Part shown: piece by piece, positions 36,423 to 45,282 of the stretch
How the letters are laid out: every line of letters starts with the position of its first letter
How positions within the stretch are numbered: position 1 is the first letter of the stretch
Source: a virus
Lineage: Duplodnaviria; Caudoviricetes
Reading direction: 5' to 3' (one strand)
Length of the DNA: 49,893 bases
IMG/VR virus record: IMGVR_UViG_3300044983_000035
Location: 1 to 49,893 of that record
Notes under the pieces: model-generated
The model's database searches: none
Told to the model about the DNA's origin: nothing
What the model saw: the letters and a program-made list of their open reading frames with translations, nothing else
Program-made: the position numbers and the translations under genes

Positions 36423-37346
36423 TTGGCCACCACCCCTCACCTTCTCTCTGCATTTGAACGGTGTTCCCGTGCGGGATTCTGGAGCCGTTCCTTTCAGCGC
36501 CACAGACTCACCACATCCGAAGCACTTCACGCCGCAGTGCGCTCCGGACTCACCAGCGATCGCGAAGACTTCGGCGAAGCCGCGGGTGAGTCCTTCATCG
36601 AAATGGCGCGAGAACGCGGACTCGAAGGTCTGAAAGGCCACCAGGTATACCCCAGCGCGATCCACCATGCGTGCCTTGCGGACATCCTCGTGTCGGCTAT
36701 TCGCAAGCCTGGCGATTCGCCTTGGATTGTTCCTGAGACGCTTACGAACTGGAAGCCGTCCGCGATGATGGACCGCGACGGTTCGCGACTTCGCCAGTTC
36801 TTGGCCGTGAGTTACTGGAACGAGGACCGCCAGAGGTCGGCTATCCAGTCATGGTCGGTCATTGGCGAGGTCTGCATGTACGACATGCCGATGCAACTGG
36901 TCGTTGCGGTAATCGGAAACATGCGCGAGGGTCGTCGCCATTCACCGTGGACTCGTGGATACCTTCACCCGTCGCATAAGGGATTGCGATTCCGCCGGCG
37001 CGGAAAGAATGCGGCCGATGGTTTTAATGAGCGGTGGCTGCACATTTGGCGCGATGACCACGGGGAAATCAATCGGGAGACTTGGATTCAGCGAATGGCT
37101 GAGGACGCGATTCTTCAGGAGCAGATGTTTGTGGTGGACGTGGAGGTTCCGGAGCAGGCTGAGCGGGATCGAATCCGATCCATGGCCCGATGCAAGGATT
37201 CGGCAGTTCGCTCTCTGGAAGTCCTGCCAGATCCCGTCCTATCGGTTTGCCGCGATCCGATTTCGCCTTGTCCATTCCTGTGCTGTTGCTGGAGTCATCC
37301 GGAGTCTCGTCCAGAGGACGGAGGTTTCGATCCGATTGGCTCATAG
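36423..37346 (+). CDS. Cas4/RecB-like (PD-(D/E)XK superfamily-like) protein
   Basis: N-terminal LSAFERCSR, ALHAAV and C-terminal C.....PCPFLCCCW cysteine cluster; catalytic motif not clearly visible. Confidence 0.5.
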   Translation: MATTPHLLSAFERCSRAGFWSRSFQRHRLTTSEALHAAVRSGLTSDREDFGEAAGESFIEMARERGLEGLKGHQVYPSAIHHACLADILVSAIRKPGDSPWIVPETLTNWKPSAMMDRDGSRLRQFLAVSYWNEDRQRSAIQSWSVIGEVCMYDMPMQLVVAVIGNMREGRRHSPWTRGYLHPSHKGLRFRRRGKNAADGFNERWLHIWRDDHGEINRETWIQRMAEDAILQEQMFVVDVEVPEQAERDRIRSMARCKDSAVRSLEVLPDPVLSVCRDPISPCPFLCCCWSHPESRPEDGGFDPIGS

Positions 37347-37643
37347 CCCTTTCTTGCCTTCCCTGATGGCTTGGGCGATAGCCCAACAGATTGCTTTATG
37401 TGATGAGTACTCGCCAATGTAATCCTCTGTGATCTTGGCGTCCAACTCTCGCTGCTCCGCAACGGCGGTTTGGAGGGCGACGAGGATGAATTTACATGTG
37501 TCCGTGTTGTCGATCACAGCATCAGGAATCTTGGAAGATTCTCCCAACACTTTGATTGCCGTGTCTCTCGCCAACTCCTCTAACTTTTCTTGCGTCATTC
37601 CAACCCCCTGAGTTTCCTGATTTCGGCTGATGTCATTTGACAC
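37341..37643 (-). CDS. Hypothetical protein
   Basis: Last gene of the - strand arm; ends AIAQAIRE. Confidence 0.6.
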   Translation of the reverse strand: MSNDISRNQETQGVGMTQEKLEELARDTAIKVLGESSKIPDAVIDNTDTCKFILVALQTAVAEQRELDAKITEDYIGEYSSHKAICWAIAQAIREGKKGL

Positions 37644-38097
37644 GCTGCCACTTCACTCCGTTGGCATCCGTGAACTCGGATGGATTTGTGGCTCGGAACT
37701 TACGATCCATAGCGAGAATCTGCTTGCATTTCGATTCGATGATGGGCAGCAGTTCTCGATCTAGGATTTTGTCGGCAGGGCGCTCAGGCTCAAATAGAAC
37801 CCATCGTCCTCCGGTCTGGTCTAGCTCGCCGGATGTGTCAAGGTCCCTGCCTTCCCAATAGAACTTGATCGTTATCGTCATCGAGACATGCTGACTAATC
37901 TGCGTCTTGTACACGCGCTCGAATGCGGGAGCATCGCCCCGCTTGTCCTGAACTTTAATAGCGGAAGCGTCTTCTACTATGGGCGGTGTAGGCGCGACTT
38001 CTGTGCGTGGAATGAATCCAGCAAATAGGCTAATAAGCGACATCAGAATTATTCCTTTCACTTGGCACCTCCTGAATTCTTTCCTCCATGTCCCCAT
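37633..38097 (-). CDS. Hypothetical protein (start uncertain)
   Basis: ORF in a tiled array of genes. Confidence 0.55.
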   Translation of the reverse strand: MGTWRKEFRRCQVKGIILMSLISLFAGFIPRTEVAPTPPIVEDASAIKVQDKRGDAPAFERVYKTQISQHVSMTITIKFYWEGRDLDTSGELDQTGGRWVLFEPERPADKILDRELLPIIESKCKQILAMDRKFRATNPSEFTDANGVKWQRVK

Positions 38098-38572
38098 CCG
38101 AGATGGTTGGAGTGGCGCGGAGGCGCTTGTAGGCGTTGTGTATGTCGTCAGCGAGGCCTTTGAGTCTGAGGCTCGATTCTCTGTCTATGCTGCGCCTCTC
38201 TGCAATGTTCCACACTCTGTCGGCCCATCCACGGATTTCAGCTTCCTCAACCACCCGTGAGGGCTGAGGTTGGGGTTGCGGCGTTGCTTCAGAGCGAAGC
38301 AGTTGCTTGGCTGCTGCGAGTCTTCCTCGTGCGATGTCGGGATGAACGGGATCAGCGTTCGGGTCCAGCAATTGAACCAATCCACTGATGGCATCTAACA
38401 GGGGTTCGCGTAGCTCCCCACTCCCCGGTTCGAGGGCTGCGACAATTGGAAATAATCCGCAGTCTTCGCTGTGTTGTCCTTCATCACGGAATGATCTGCA
38501 ATTGAAAGGGCAATCGCCACCTTTCCGGCAATCATCAAGCAACTTCTGAACTGCTTCCCTGAGTTTGCTCAT
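38030..38572 (-). CDS. Hypothetical protein
   Basis: GGAGG SD; ATGA overlap; CPFNC..H..DC. Confidence 0.6.
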   Translation of the reverse strand: MSKLREAVQKLLDDCRKGGDCPFNCRSFRDEGQHSEDCGLFPIVAALEPGSGELREPLLDAISGLVQLLDPNADPVHPDIARGRLAAAKQLLRSEATPQPQPQPSRVVEEAEIRGWADRVWNIAERRSIDRESSLRLKGLADDIHNAYKRLRATPTISDGDMEERIQEVPSERNNSDVAY

Positions 38573-38751
38573 TCCATTCCCTCCTCAAATCTCACAATCA
38601 CCGCAACCACATGTTGGCCTCGCATGTACTGGCAACCGTCCGGGTCCTGCAACTCCATGAACGCCGGAGGATGGGTTATCACCTCATCAGCGTGCTTGCG
38701 TTCGATGTAGCCTTGCAATTCGCTGAAGGGGCAATCGGGGAAGGTTTTCAC
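38569..38751 (-). CDS. Hypothetical protein
   Basis: GGAGG SD; overlaps at both ends. Confidence 0.55.
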   Translation of the reverse strand: MKTFPDCPFSELQGYIERKHADEVITHPPAFMELQDPDGCQYMRGQHVVAVIVRFEEGME

Positions 38752-39422
38752 TTGGCCTCCAGTGCTTTGAGTGCGGCGATACAGACGGCGCGGCCCTGAG
38801 TCTCAGCGTTAATTAAGCCAATCAGCAAGGCAGAATCGGACTTCGAGAATCGAACTTCATACGCGCAGTTCGGAACCGCGTAAATGTTGATCTCACATTT
38901 CCATCCCAACTCGCGCATCTTCTCGACAACCTGATCGCGATCGTTGGCGTCGGTTGTGAACGACGGAAGAGCAAAGCCAGCGAATCCGCCAACTGGACTA
39001 TGCGGAGGCTCGCCAATCAAAAGTTGGCCTTCGATGCGAACTTGCTTCCAGCCAATCACCTTCTCTGCCGTCAGCGCATCTAACTGCCGATCACTCAATT
39101 CCTCGTAGTTCATTTCCCCCTCCCGTAGTGCTTCCCTGGCCGCCAACATCACGGCCATTGCGGGGTCTTTGTGTTCGGCAGACACGATTGGGAGTTTTGC
39201 TGCGCAGAATCTGGCTGTGAAGAAGCCGTCGAAGCACTCTATCGTCACGAACCATCCTAGCTTCTTCATCCTCGCGATAACTTCAAAGGCTAGGTTGCCG
39301 TCGATCAAGTAGCCTTCGCCATCGCAGACCGCAGAAAGCACGCGCAGATAGCGCTTACCTTTCTTCCCCGGCCACAAATTGGAAACCACAAACTCCACCA
39401 ACTCCCGCTTCTGTTTGGTCAT
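38748..39422 (-). CDS. Phage ABA-sandwich (BC1872-like) protein, apparently two tandem modules
   Basis: LDALTAEKVIGW...PSFTTD...VVEKMRELGW...RAVCIAALKA; the first half has a similar AFEVIARMKKLGW...AVMLAAREA. Confidence 0.65.
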   Translation of the reverse strand: MTKQKRELVEFVVSNLWPGKKGKRYLRVLSAVCDGEGYLIDGNLAFEVIARMKKLGWFVTIECFDGFFTARFCAAKLPIVSAEHKDPAMAVMLAAREALREGEMNYEELSDRQLDALTAEKVIGWKQVRIEGQLLIGEPPHSPVGGFAGFALPSFTTDANDRDQVVEKMRELGWKCEINIYAVPNCAYEVRFSKSDSALLIGLINAETQGRAVCIAALKALEAK

Positions 39423-39631
39423 TTCACACCCCGATCTTGGAGGTGGATAGAGACAGCTTCATAGTCCTTGACGGATGGTATAGCACCTCTAGAAAAGCGT
39501 TGACCAAAGGGCTTCAGCAACCCCCGCGCTTCTTCGAGGTCGGAGATGAGCGCGAGGATGCGCTCAAGGTGTTCATGCGCCCCAAGGCGTTTGTCGGCCT
39601 TCCATTGAGCCAACTGTGCGTCAGTTACCAT
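39419..39631 (-). CDS. Hypothetical protein
   Basis: GAGG SD before ATG 39631. Confidence 0.55.
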   Translation of the reverse strand: MVTDAQLAQWKADKRLGAHEHLERILALISDLEEARGLLKPFGQRFSRGAIPSVKDYEAVSIHLQDRGVK

Positions 39632-40160
39632 CTGGAGCCTCTTTCCACTGCGCAACCCTCTCGGAGATGAGGGCAGCACCATCGCGACACAATTTACAAG
39701 CGCAACAACCTGCGTTGAACTCGTGCGGTTGTGGATGGTTTAATATTTCAGCCATCAATTGAACCGCTCTCGGATCAATCGCGGGTTTGGGTGGCAGAAA
39801 GCTAGAGAAAGTCAGCAAGCCCTTGACCCATCGGCGCACAACCTCGGACTCCGGCCCGCTCTCATCGGGATTATAGGTGTCAATCAGGAAATCCTTAATC
39901 TCAGCCACCACCTCCTTCCGCTTTCCCTCCCTCGCCTCTGCCCGGATAGCGGCATCCCGGGTGGTGATGTCGGCTATAGGCTTGCCCGATAAAACAATGT
40001 GCGCTGCAAATTCTTCCGGCGTCTGAATCACAGATTCCTCCTTGGTAAACAACTTCCTCAATCTCCCGGCAAGGTCAGCCACATCCTGATCGGACTTGTT
40101 GCCGTGGTATTCGGCCCAGCGTTCCAATCCCTCGATGATCTCGAAAACTTCGCGGGTCAT
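39621..40160 (-). CDS. Hypothetical protein
   Basis: AAGGA SD; overlaps the glycosyltransferase stop. Confidence 0.6.
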   Translation of the reverse strand: MTREVFEIIEGLERWAEYHGNKSDQDVADLAGRLRKLFTKEESVIQTPEEFAAHIVLSGKPIADITTRDAAIRAEAREGKRKEVVAEIKDFLIDTYNPDESGPESEVVRRWVKGLLTFSSFLPPKPAIDPRAVQLMAEILNHPQPHEFNAGCCACKLCRDGAALISERVAQWKEAPDGN

Positions 40161-41344
40161 TTAATTCCTTCGCGAAACCACGATTCCCATCGCTCCCAAA
40201 GGTTCGGCCATGCAAGATCGATCGGCAATTCAATCTTCTTCCTGCGAGAGACTAGCGATTCAACCGCTTTAACCCAATCGGCAACGCGAAACACCGGGCG
40301 GACGCAATTAAACACGCCTTCGATTCGCATCGCTGTCGGCGTAACGAGCATTTCCAGCGGCAATCGTTCAGCGCCGCCGGCATATCGACCGTGAACTACT
40401 GGAGTCCCGCAAGCGATCGATTCGTACAAGGGGTAACCAAAGCCTTCGGCGCCGATTCCTAGCGTCACATCGCAAGCGCTATAAATCTGTGCCATCACCT
40501 CGTCGGATAGCATTCCGGTATTGACCATGTTCTCTGGAGTGTGGAGTCCGAAGTCCGCGAGCAGGTATTGCATGTTCCAGTGGCGCTCGATCACGTCGGT
40601 TTGGATGAACAGGCGAATCCGATGCTTCTTTGCCAGTTCCGCGACAACTTGAATCCCTAACCCGTAATCCTTACGAATCTGGTTCGTCGCGACAATGCCG
40701 ATGAGAAGATCGTCTGATCTGATCGCGGGGCCTTGGTAGCCAAGAGCTTCGTGGAAGATCCGGCGCGCGGTGTCACGTGGACGCGGATAGAAAACTGAGG
40801 TGTCGATTCCGTGCGGTAGGAACGTCAATCCGCGCTTGTCGGATTCCTCTTTGCCGATCGTCTCGCGGATGATGTTCTCGGCCCACGAAGTATAGGCTAG
40901 AATGCGGTCGAATCCGGTAAGCACGTCACCCATCATTGCGGTCAATTTCCCGTTGGGTCCGCTCGCGTCGATTGGGAAGTATCCCCACTTCTCGCAGTTC
41001 ATCGCGGCGATTTGTGCGCCAAGACGTTTATCGTGGATTCGCTTGGGGTGAGCGAACCATGAAAGGCGGCTCGCATCCCATATCGCTAGACAGATTCCGC
41101 GGCGATCCCCGGCGAAGTCTTCCCACACGTCGGGAAGCGTCGGAAGTAGCCAGTCATGCATCCCTTCGATGGAGTATTGCTGAAACGGAATCGACTTGCT
41201 TCCGAATCCTCCATATCCCAGCGTGGACACCTCAAACACGTCTCCGCAGTTCTCGTGCAGCCTAACGGCGAGGTCCCGGCAGATGCGGCCAAGCCCTGAT
41301 TGGCACGTTGGAGCGTCGGAGATAAAGAGAATCGGCGTCTTCAT
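40157..41344 (-). CDS. Glycosyltransferase, GT-B fold (GT4-like)
   Basis: ILFISDAP...SGLGR, LPHGIDTSVFYP, VATNQIRKD, IYSACDV...EGFGYPLYESIACGTPVV. Confidence 0.9.
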   Translation of the reverse strand: MKTPILFISDAPTCQSGLGRICRDLAVRLHENCGDVFEVSTLGYGGFGSKSIPFQQYSIEGMHDWLLPTLPDVWEDFAGDRRGICLAIWDASRLSWFAHPKRIHDKRLGAQIAAMNCEKWGYFPIDASGPNGKLTAMMGDVLTGFDRILAYTSWAENIIRETIGKEESDKRGLTFLPHGIDTSVFYPRPRDTARRIFHEALGYQGPAIRSDDLLIGIVATNQIRKDYGLGIQVVAELAKKHRIRLFIQTDVIERHWNMQYLLADFGLHTPENMVNTGMLSDEVMAQIYSACDVTLGIGAEGFGYPLYESIACGTPVVHGRYAGGAERLPLEMLVTPTAMRIEGVFNCVRPVFRVADWVKAVESLVSRRKKIELPIDLAWPNLWERWESWFREGIK

Positions 41345-41526
41345 TGCCTGCTCTCATATGGCGGGTAGAGGGCAATCCAAATGAAAAAAAGCATTACGAA
41401 GAAGAATGATGCAGCCATTGGCAACCGACAATACATGGGTCTTTTGAACCAAGGATCCAAGAAACAAAGAACTGCCATAAGAGAACAGAACCACGCGACC
41501 AAGGATGACGTTAATCTCACTATCAT
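41341..41526 (-). CDS. Small two-TM membrane protein
   Basis: Hydrophobic; coupled overlaps at both ends. Confidence 0.55.
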   Translation of the reverse strand: MIVRLTSSLVAWFCSLMAVLCFLDPWFKRPMYCRLPMAASFFFVMLFFIWIALYPPYESRQ

Positions 41527-42047
41527 TACTGGCCACCCTCTGCGATTACTTTCCCTTCAACATCCGGCAGCGAGTCGTCTCCGGCCACTCCGGTGCCGTC
41601 TAAGATATTAGCGTCGCCCGTGGGAGTGCCGTTGTTCGCGGGAATCGACGTGATCCGGCGCGCGCGCACCAGATTGTCCGCGTCAACCGCCCGGCGTGCG
41701 GCCGCTGTCGCTTCTGCTGGCGTCATTTCCTTTACCGGGGCCTTGCGGTTCAATAAACCGGCTGAAGCGTACGTAGGGGCCGCGTGGAGTTCGGCGGCGA
41801 TAGCCTGTGGCACTTGCTGAGGAAGTCCGGGGATTGCTGGCATCTCCGGCGAGGCTGGCACATTGCCCCCCAGCGCCGATATCTTGCGCTCCAGGTCGGG
41901 GATCTCGACGGCAAGCTCATCTAGAGCCGCCAAGTGCTTCTTGCGCTCCTCTAGGCAGATTCCCCAGCGCTTCACGGCCTTATCCAGTGCCGCGTCAAAC
42001 GCGTTGCGACGCCCCCGGCGCTTCTTAACTGGCTTCTTCTTCGGCAT
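41526..42047 (-). CDS. Hypothetical protein
   Basis: GAGGGG SD before ATG 42047 (MPKKKPVKKRRG). Confidence 0.65.
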   Translation of the reverse strand: MPKKKPVKKRRGRRNAFDAALDKAVKRWGICLEERKKHLAALDELAVEIPDLERKISALGGNVPASPEMPAIPGLPQQVPQAIAAELHAAPTYASAGLLNRKAPVKEMTPAEATAAARRAVDADNLVRARRITSIPANNGTPTGDANILDGTGVAGDDSLPDVEGKVIAEGGQ

Positions 42048-42267
42048 ATTCCCCTCTGATTTCCCTGTCCCGTTGCAGCAGGGTTCGGTACATTTGGATC
42101 CCAGCGCGGTCAAACGCCGCCACGCGATTCAACCATCCTGCGATCCACTCCAAAGCCGTTGCGATGCGCTCGGCAATGTCGAGGCTAACTTCTTTCCCTG
42201 TGATCTTTCCGATGATCCCGAGTGAGACCCACAGCGAGAGAATCGACAGGATGGCTATCGCGATCAT
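42025..42267 (-). CDS. Small membrane protein
   Basis: N-terminal TM segment; AGGAG SD; TAATG overlap. Confidence 0.6.
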   Translation of the reverse strand: MIAIAILSILSLWVSLGIIGKITGKEVSLDIAERIATALEWIAGWLNRVAAFDRAGIQMYRTLLQRDREIRGEYAEEEAS

Positions 42268-42701
42268 TAGGTTCGCTCCTGGTAGTCGATATCGAGATCC
42301 ATTTCTTCTTGTCGCTCTTCTCGAATCGGCGTCGGTCCGAGTTGCTTTCCTTCGGGCAGGCTAACGACGAGAATCGCCCGATGGATTGATGCGTCGATAG
42401 CCTTGCGCGCCGCGTCTTCGCTACAAGGATTCATCGCGTAGAGAGCGCCGGGCGAGACGTAGCGAGTTCGCCCTTGAACTGCCGCCCGTTTGACGGTCGC
42501 ACCCACGGGGATCATTCCATTGGAGGACCACTCGGGCGATGTCAGGACCCATTCACGTTCGGGCAGTTCTGGAACGTCAACGCGAAGCAAAGCCGTCGTT
42601 CCGAAGTACTCGGTCTTGACGAATCCGGTTTCGCGTTGATGCCCCATGAGTTCGATAACCGCCCATCCTTCAAAGGTCGCGTTGGCGGATGGTTCGCTCA
42701 T
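42267..42701 (-). CDS. Conserved phage hypothetical protein
   Basis: FEGWAVIELMGH...LLRVDVP...ALYAMNPCSEDAA. Confidence 0.75.
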   Translation of the reverse strand: MSEPSANATFEGWAVIELMGHQRETGFVKTEYFGTTALLRVDVPELPEREWVLTSPEWSSNGMIPVGATVKRAAVQGRTRYVSPGALYAMNPCSEDAARKAIDASIHRAILVVSLPEGKQLGPTPIREERQEEMDLDIDYQERT

Positions 42702-42986
42702 CTACTTCTTCTCCAAGCCGATCGTAGATGGTAACGGCGTCGCAGTTCCCGGAGCAACACTTGGCGTTGGGGTATCTTCGCCCACGATCTTCTTCAGCTC
42801 GTCGCGCTGAAGAGTGAGCGCATCAACTTTCGCCTTCGCGTCGGCTGCTTCGGTAACCGCTGCCGCCAACTTCTCTTCGGTCTTCGCGAGCAGGTCTTTC
42901 TGCTGCTGCTTCATTCTGGCGATCTGCCCGGCCACATCCAATCGCGTGCGCTTCTTTGCTTCCGGTGCTGCTTCAGCTTTTGCCAT
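42702..42986 (-). CDS. Coiled-coil hypothetical protein
   Basis: AAGGAG SD; heptad pattern. Confidence 0.7.
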   Translation of the reverse strand: MAKAEAAPEAKKRTRLDVAGQIARMKQQQKDLLAKTEEKLAAAVTEAADAKAKVDALTLQRDELKKIVGEDTPTPSVAPGTATPLPSTIGLEKK

Positions 42987-43376
42987 TTCGCATTTCTCCT
43001 TGTTTTATCTGTCTACTTCTCGTTCGCCCACACGTTACCTATTGGGTGAGGGAAGAAACGCCCTCTCCTGTTGTACCGCCCCTCATTCCAGGCTTAGAAA
43101 AGCTATTGAGGCTGTTCTGCTCTCTTGTGGAGAACAAGTCTTCGCTGGCCGTTACCCAATGGGCACCAATCCGTTCAGCGGCCCCTAAGAGTCGTCTCGG
43201 TGCAAGCGCGATCCCCCGATTCCGTGGCTCCCGTATCGTTCTCTTTTCTGTTTCTGAAAATCCTGATGTGCTGCTGGCGCGGGGATAGCGTTGCCTTGTG
43301 GTGTGACTTGTCGTTCGGATGCGCCGTATGATCCAAGGTGCTCCCTCATAAATCATGTCCACTCGCGAGTTTAGAA

Positions 43377-44084
43377 TCATGGGGCCTCGAAGTCAAGAAC
43401 TTCTTGACTCAATCTCTTCGCGGCGATTTCGCAAAATCTCTCTTCAATCTCGACTCCAATACAGGGCAGATTCATAGACTTGCACGCTAGCGCCGTCGTT
43501 CCACTTCCAAGGAAAGGGTCAAGAGTCAAGTCTCCACCGAACCACTTAACGAGCCATCGAACATGCTGAAGACGGCGAGCGCAAGGATGAGGGAGGCTGT
43601 CTAGCGAAGACTTGTCGCGCATGTTGCTTCGCCTGGTGTAGTGCTTATTTTTACCTTCCCACGAGCCGCGATGAAAGAGTCGATTTGATTTGGTGCTGAT
43701 ACATCGACCTGGAAGAAGTTTGCGTCCGGTCTTCGGTGCAATACCGAAAACGTAGGCCATATCGCCGCCGACGACAAGCCTTCCTTTGTATCTAGGACGA
43801 GCATAGTCCAGATCGCAAACCCGGATGAACTTCCAGCGCATCGGCACGGCCGATAGGAATCTCGGATCAGAGTCAACACCCAGATGGACTGTTACACGCT
43901 CGACCTCTTGTGAAGCGCACGCAAGAGTTTCCTCCAGCAGCTTTTGAGGATCAGCGATGTTTGGAAAAATTGAGTTGGGCCAAACTGGATCGGTGACTAT
44001 CGCGTCAGCTGAAAAGCTGCTCATGATGTCGCGGGCATCGCCATGATAGATAGTGATGCCGGAATGTTCGTAGTAGGGCTTCAT
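43377..44084 (-). CDS. DNA N6-adenine/N4-cytosine methyltransferase (beta-class arrangement)
   Basis: MKPYY...TIYHGD, AIVTDPVW (motif IV variant), HP, LDPFLGSGTT, GVEIEERFCEIAAKRL. Confidence 0.85.
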   Translation of the reverse strand: MKPYYEHSGITIYHGDARDIMSSFSADAIVTDPVWPNSIFPNIADPQKLLEETLACASQEVERVTVHLGVDSDPRFLSAVPMRWKFIRVCDLDYARPRYKGRLVVGGDMAYVFGIAPKTGRKLLPGRCISTKSNRLFHRGSWEGKNKHYTRRSNMRDKSSLDSLPHPCARRLQHVRWLVKWFGGDLTLDPFLGSGTTALACKSMNLPCIGVEIEERFCEIAAKRLSQEVLDFEAP

Positions 44085-44236
44085 TCAGCCCTCGCGGATA
44101 GGTTGCGGCCAGCGTCGGCGCAGAAGGTTGGACACGATTTACGAGGACGCTGGCCACTTCCACGGCTCGCCCCTGAAAAGGTTTGAGCCAACTTGCACAA
44201 TAAGAAAGGATAATACTTGGATTTCATGATAGCACG

Positions 44237-44986
44237 CTAGTCCATAACCGGAAGTCTGGTATTGCTGAACTGGTCGAATCGAGAGTAATACTCCGGCGAT
44301 CCGATCTTGAATCCCCACTTTTTCTCGAACGTCTCGCGATCCCGGTCGGCCTGAGCGCGAATGGCCGCAGCTTCTTGGGGATTTGCCGTCTTGATCGTTC
44401 CACTGGCGACGTGGTAGAACGGCATGCCGATGGTGTAGGCGTTGATCCCGGCCTGATGGAGCCTCAGGTGCATATCACAGTCCGATCCGTAGAGAACCAT
44501 CGACTCGTCGAAAGGTCCGACTTTCTCCCAAGTTGGCCGACGAATCATGAAGCACGAGTAATCCGGGTTTGGCCGAACAGCCTTGACGAACTCGCCTTGA
44601 ATCCCTTCGATCGTGCTGACTCCAACGGCGGTGACAAACTGGCCTCCGTCGCGAAGCAACTCGTGATAGCAGTCGGGACGCAACACGACGTCGTTGTTCA
44701 CCACAAGACAATGCGAGTGGCGCAGAAAGATCGCGGCAAGCCCACTGTTCCAGCCGGCGGAAACGCCAAGCGGTGGGTTTGGCATCCAGAAGGCGTCCAT
44801 GCCGTAATCGTCGGCTACTTCAGGGTTGCGACGATGCGCGTTCGCGAAGAACTCAACGGTGCCATCGGTTGATCCGTTATCGACCACGTAGAGCGCAGTC
44901 GGGATGTCCTGGCGGAAGACGGATTCAACCGCAGCCTTGGTCAGTTGTAAGCTATTTCGGGTCAACATCAAAACGGCGTTGCTCAT
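44237..44986 (-). CDS. Glycosyltransferase family 2
   Basis: VVDNGSTDGT, GVSAGWNSG, VVNNDV, VGPFDE...YGSDCD. Confidence 0.92.
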   Translation of the reverse strand: MSNAVLMLTRNSLQLTKAAVESVFRQDIPTALYVVDNGSTDGTVEFFANAHRRNPEVADDYGMDAFWMPNPPLGVSAGWNSGLAAIFLRHSHCLVVNNDVVLRPDCYHELLRDGGQFVTAVGVSTIEGIQGEFVKAVRPNPDYSCFMIRRPTWEKVGPFDESMVLYGSDCDMHLRLHQAGINAYTIGMPFYHVASGTIKTANPQEAAAIRAQADRDRETFEKKWGFKIGSPEYYSRFDQFSNTRLPVMD

Positions 44987-45282
44987 TTGCGAAGCGCCTC
45001 CATGATCTCTTCCGGTGAATACTTGATCGTCTCGCCCTTGTAGGTGATTTCCAAAGCCACGCGGAGAGGTTCTTCGACGTAGTGGGTCTGAGCACAGAAT
45101 GTTACATACTTGCCGTCTTTATCTGGCTTCAAGTTGGCCATGCATTCAGCCCGCTCATTGACGGTGTAGGCAACGTTTCCGGCGTATTTCTCAGGGATAA
45201 CCAGTGTCAGCCAAGAGGGTTCATTCTGAGCGTTGGCGAACGGAGCTAATAGAGCAGCGATTATCGCGGCACGTCGTTTCAT
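44983..45282 (-). CDS. Small exported protein
   Basis: Signal peptide MKRRAAIIAALLAPFANA|Q; ATGA overlaps. Confidence 0.65.
   Translation of the reverse strand: MKRRAAIIAALLAPFANAQNEPSWLTLVIPEKYAGNVAYTVNERAECMANLKPDKDGKYVTFCAQTHYVEEPLRVALEITYKGETIKYSPEEIMEALRK

Noticed and set aside
36423-37346. Cas4-like gene as part of a CRISPR-Cas system
   Set aside because: No other cas genes or array in the window
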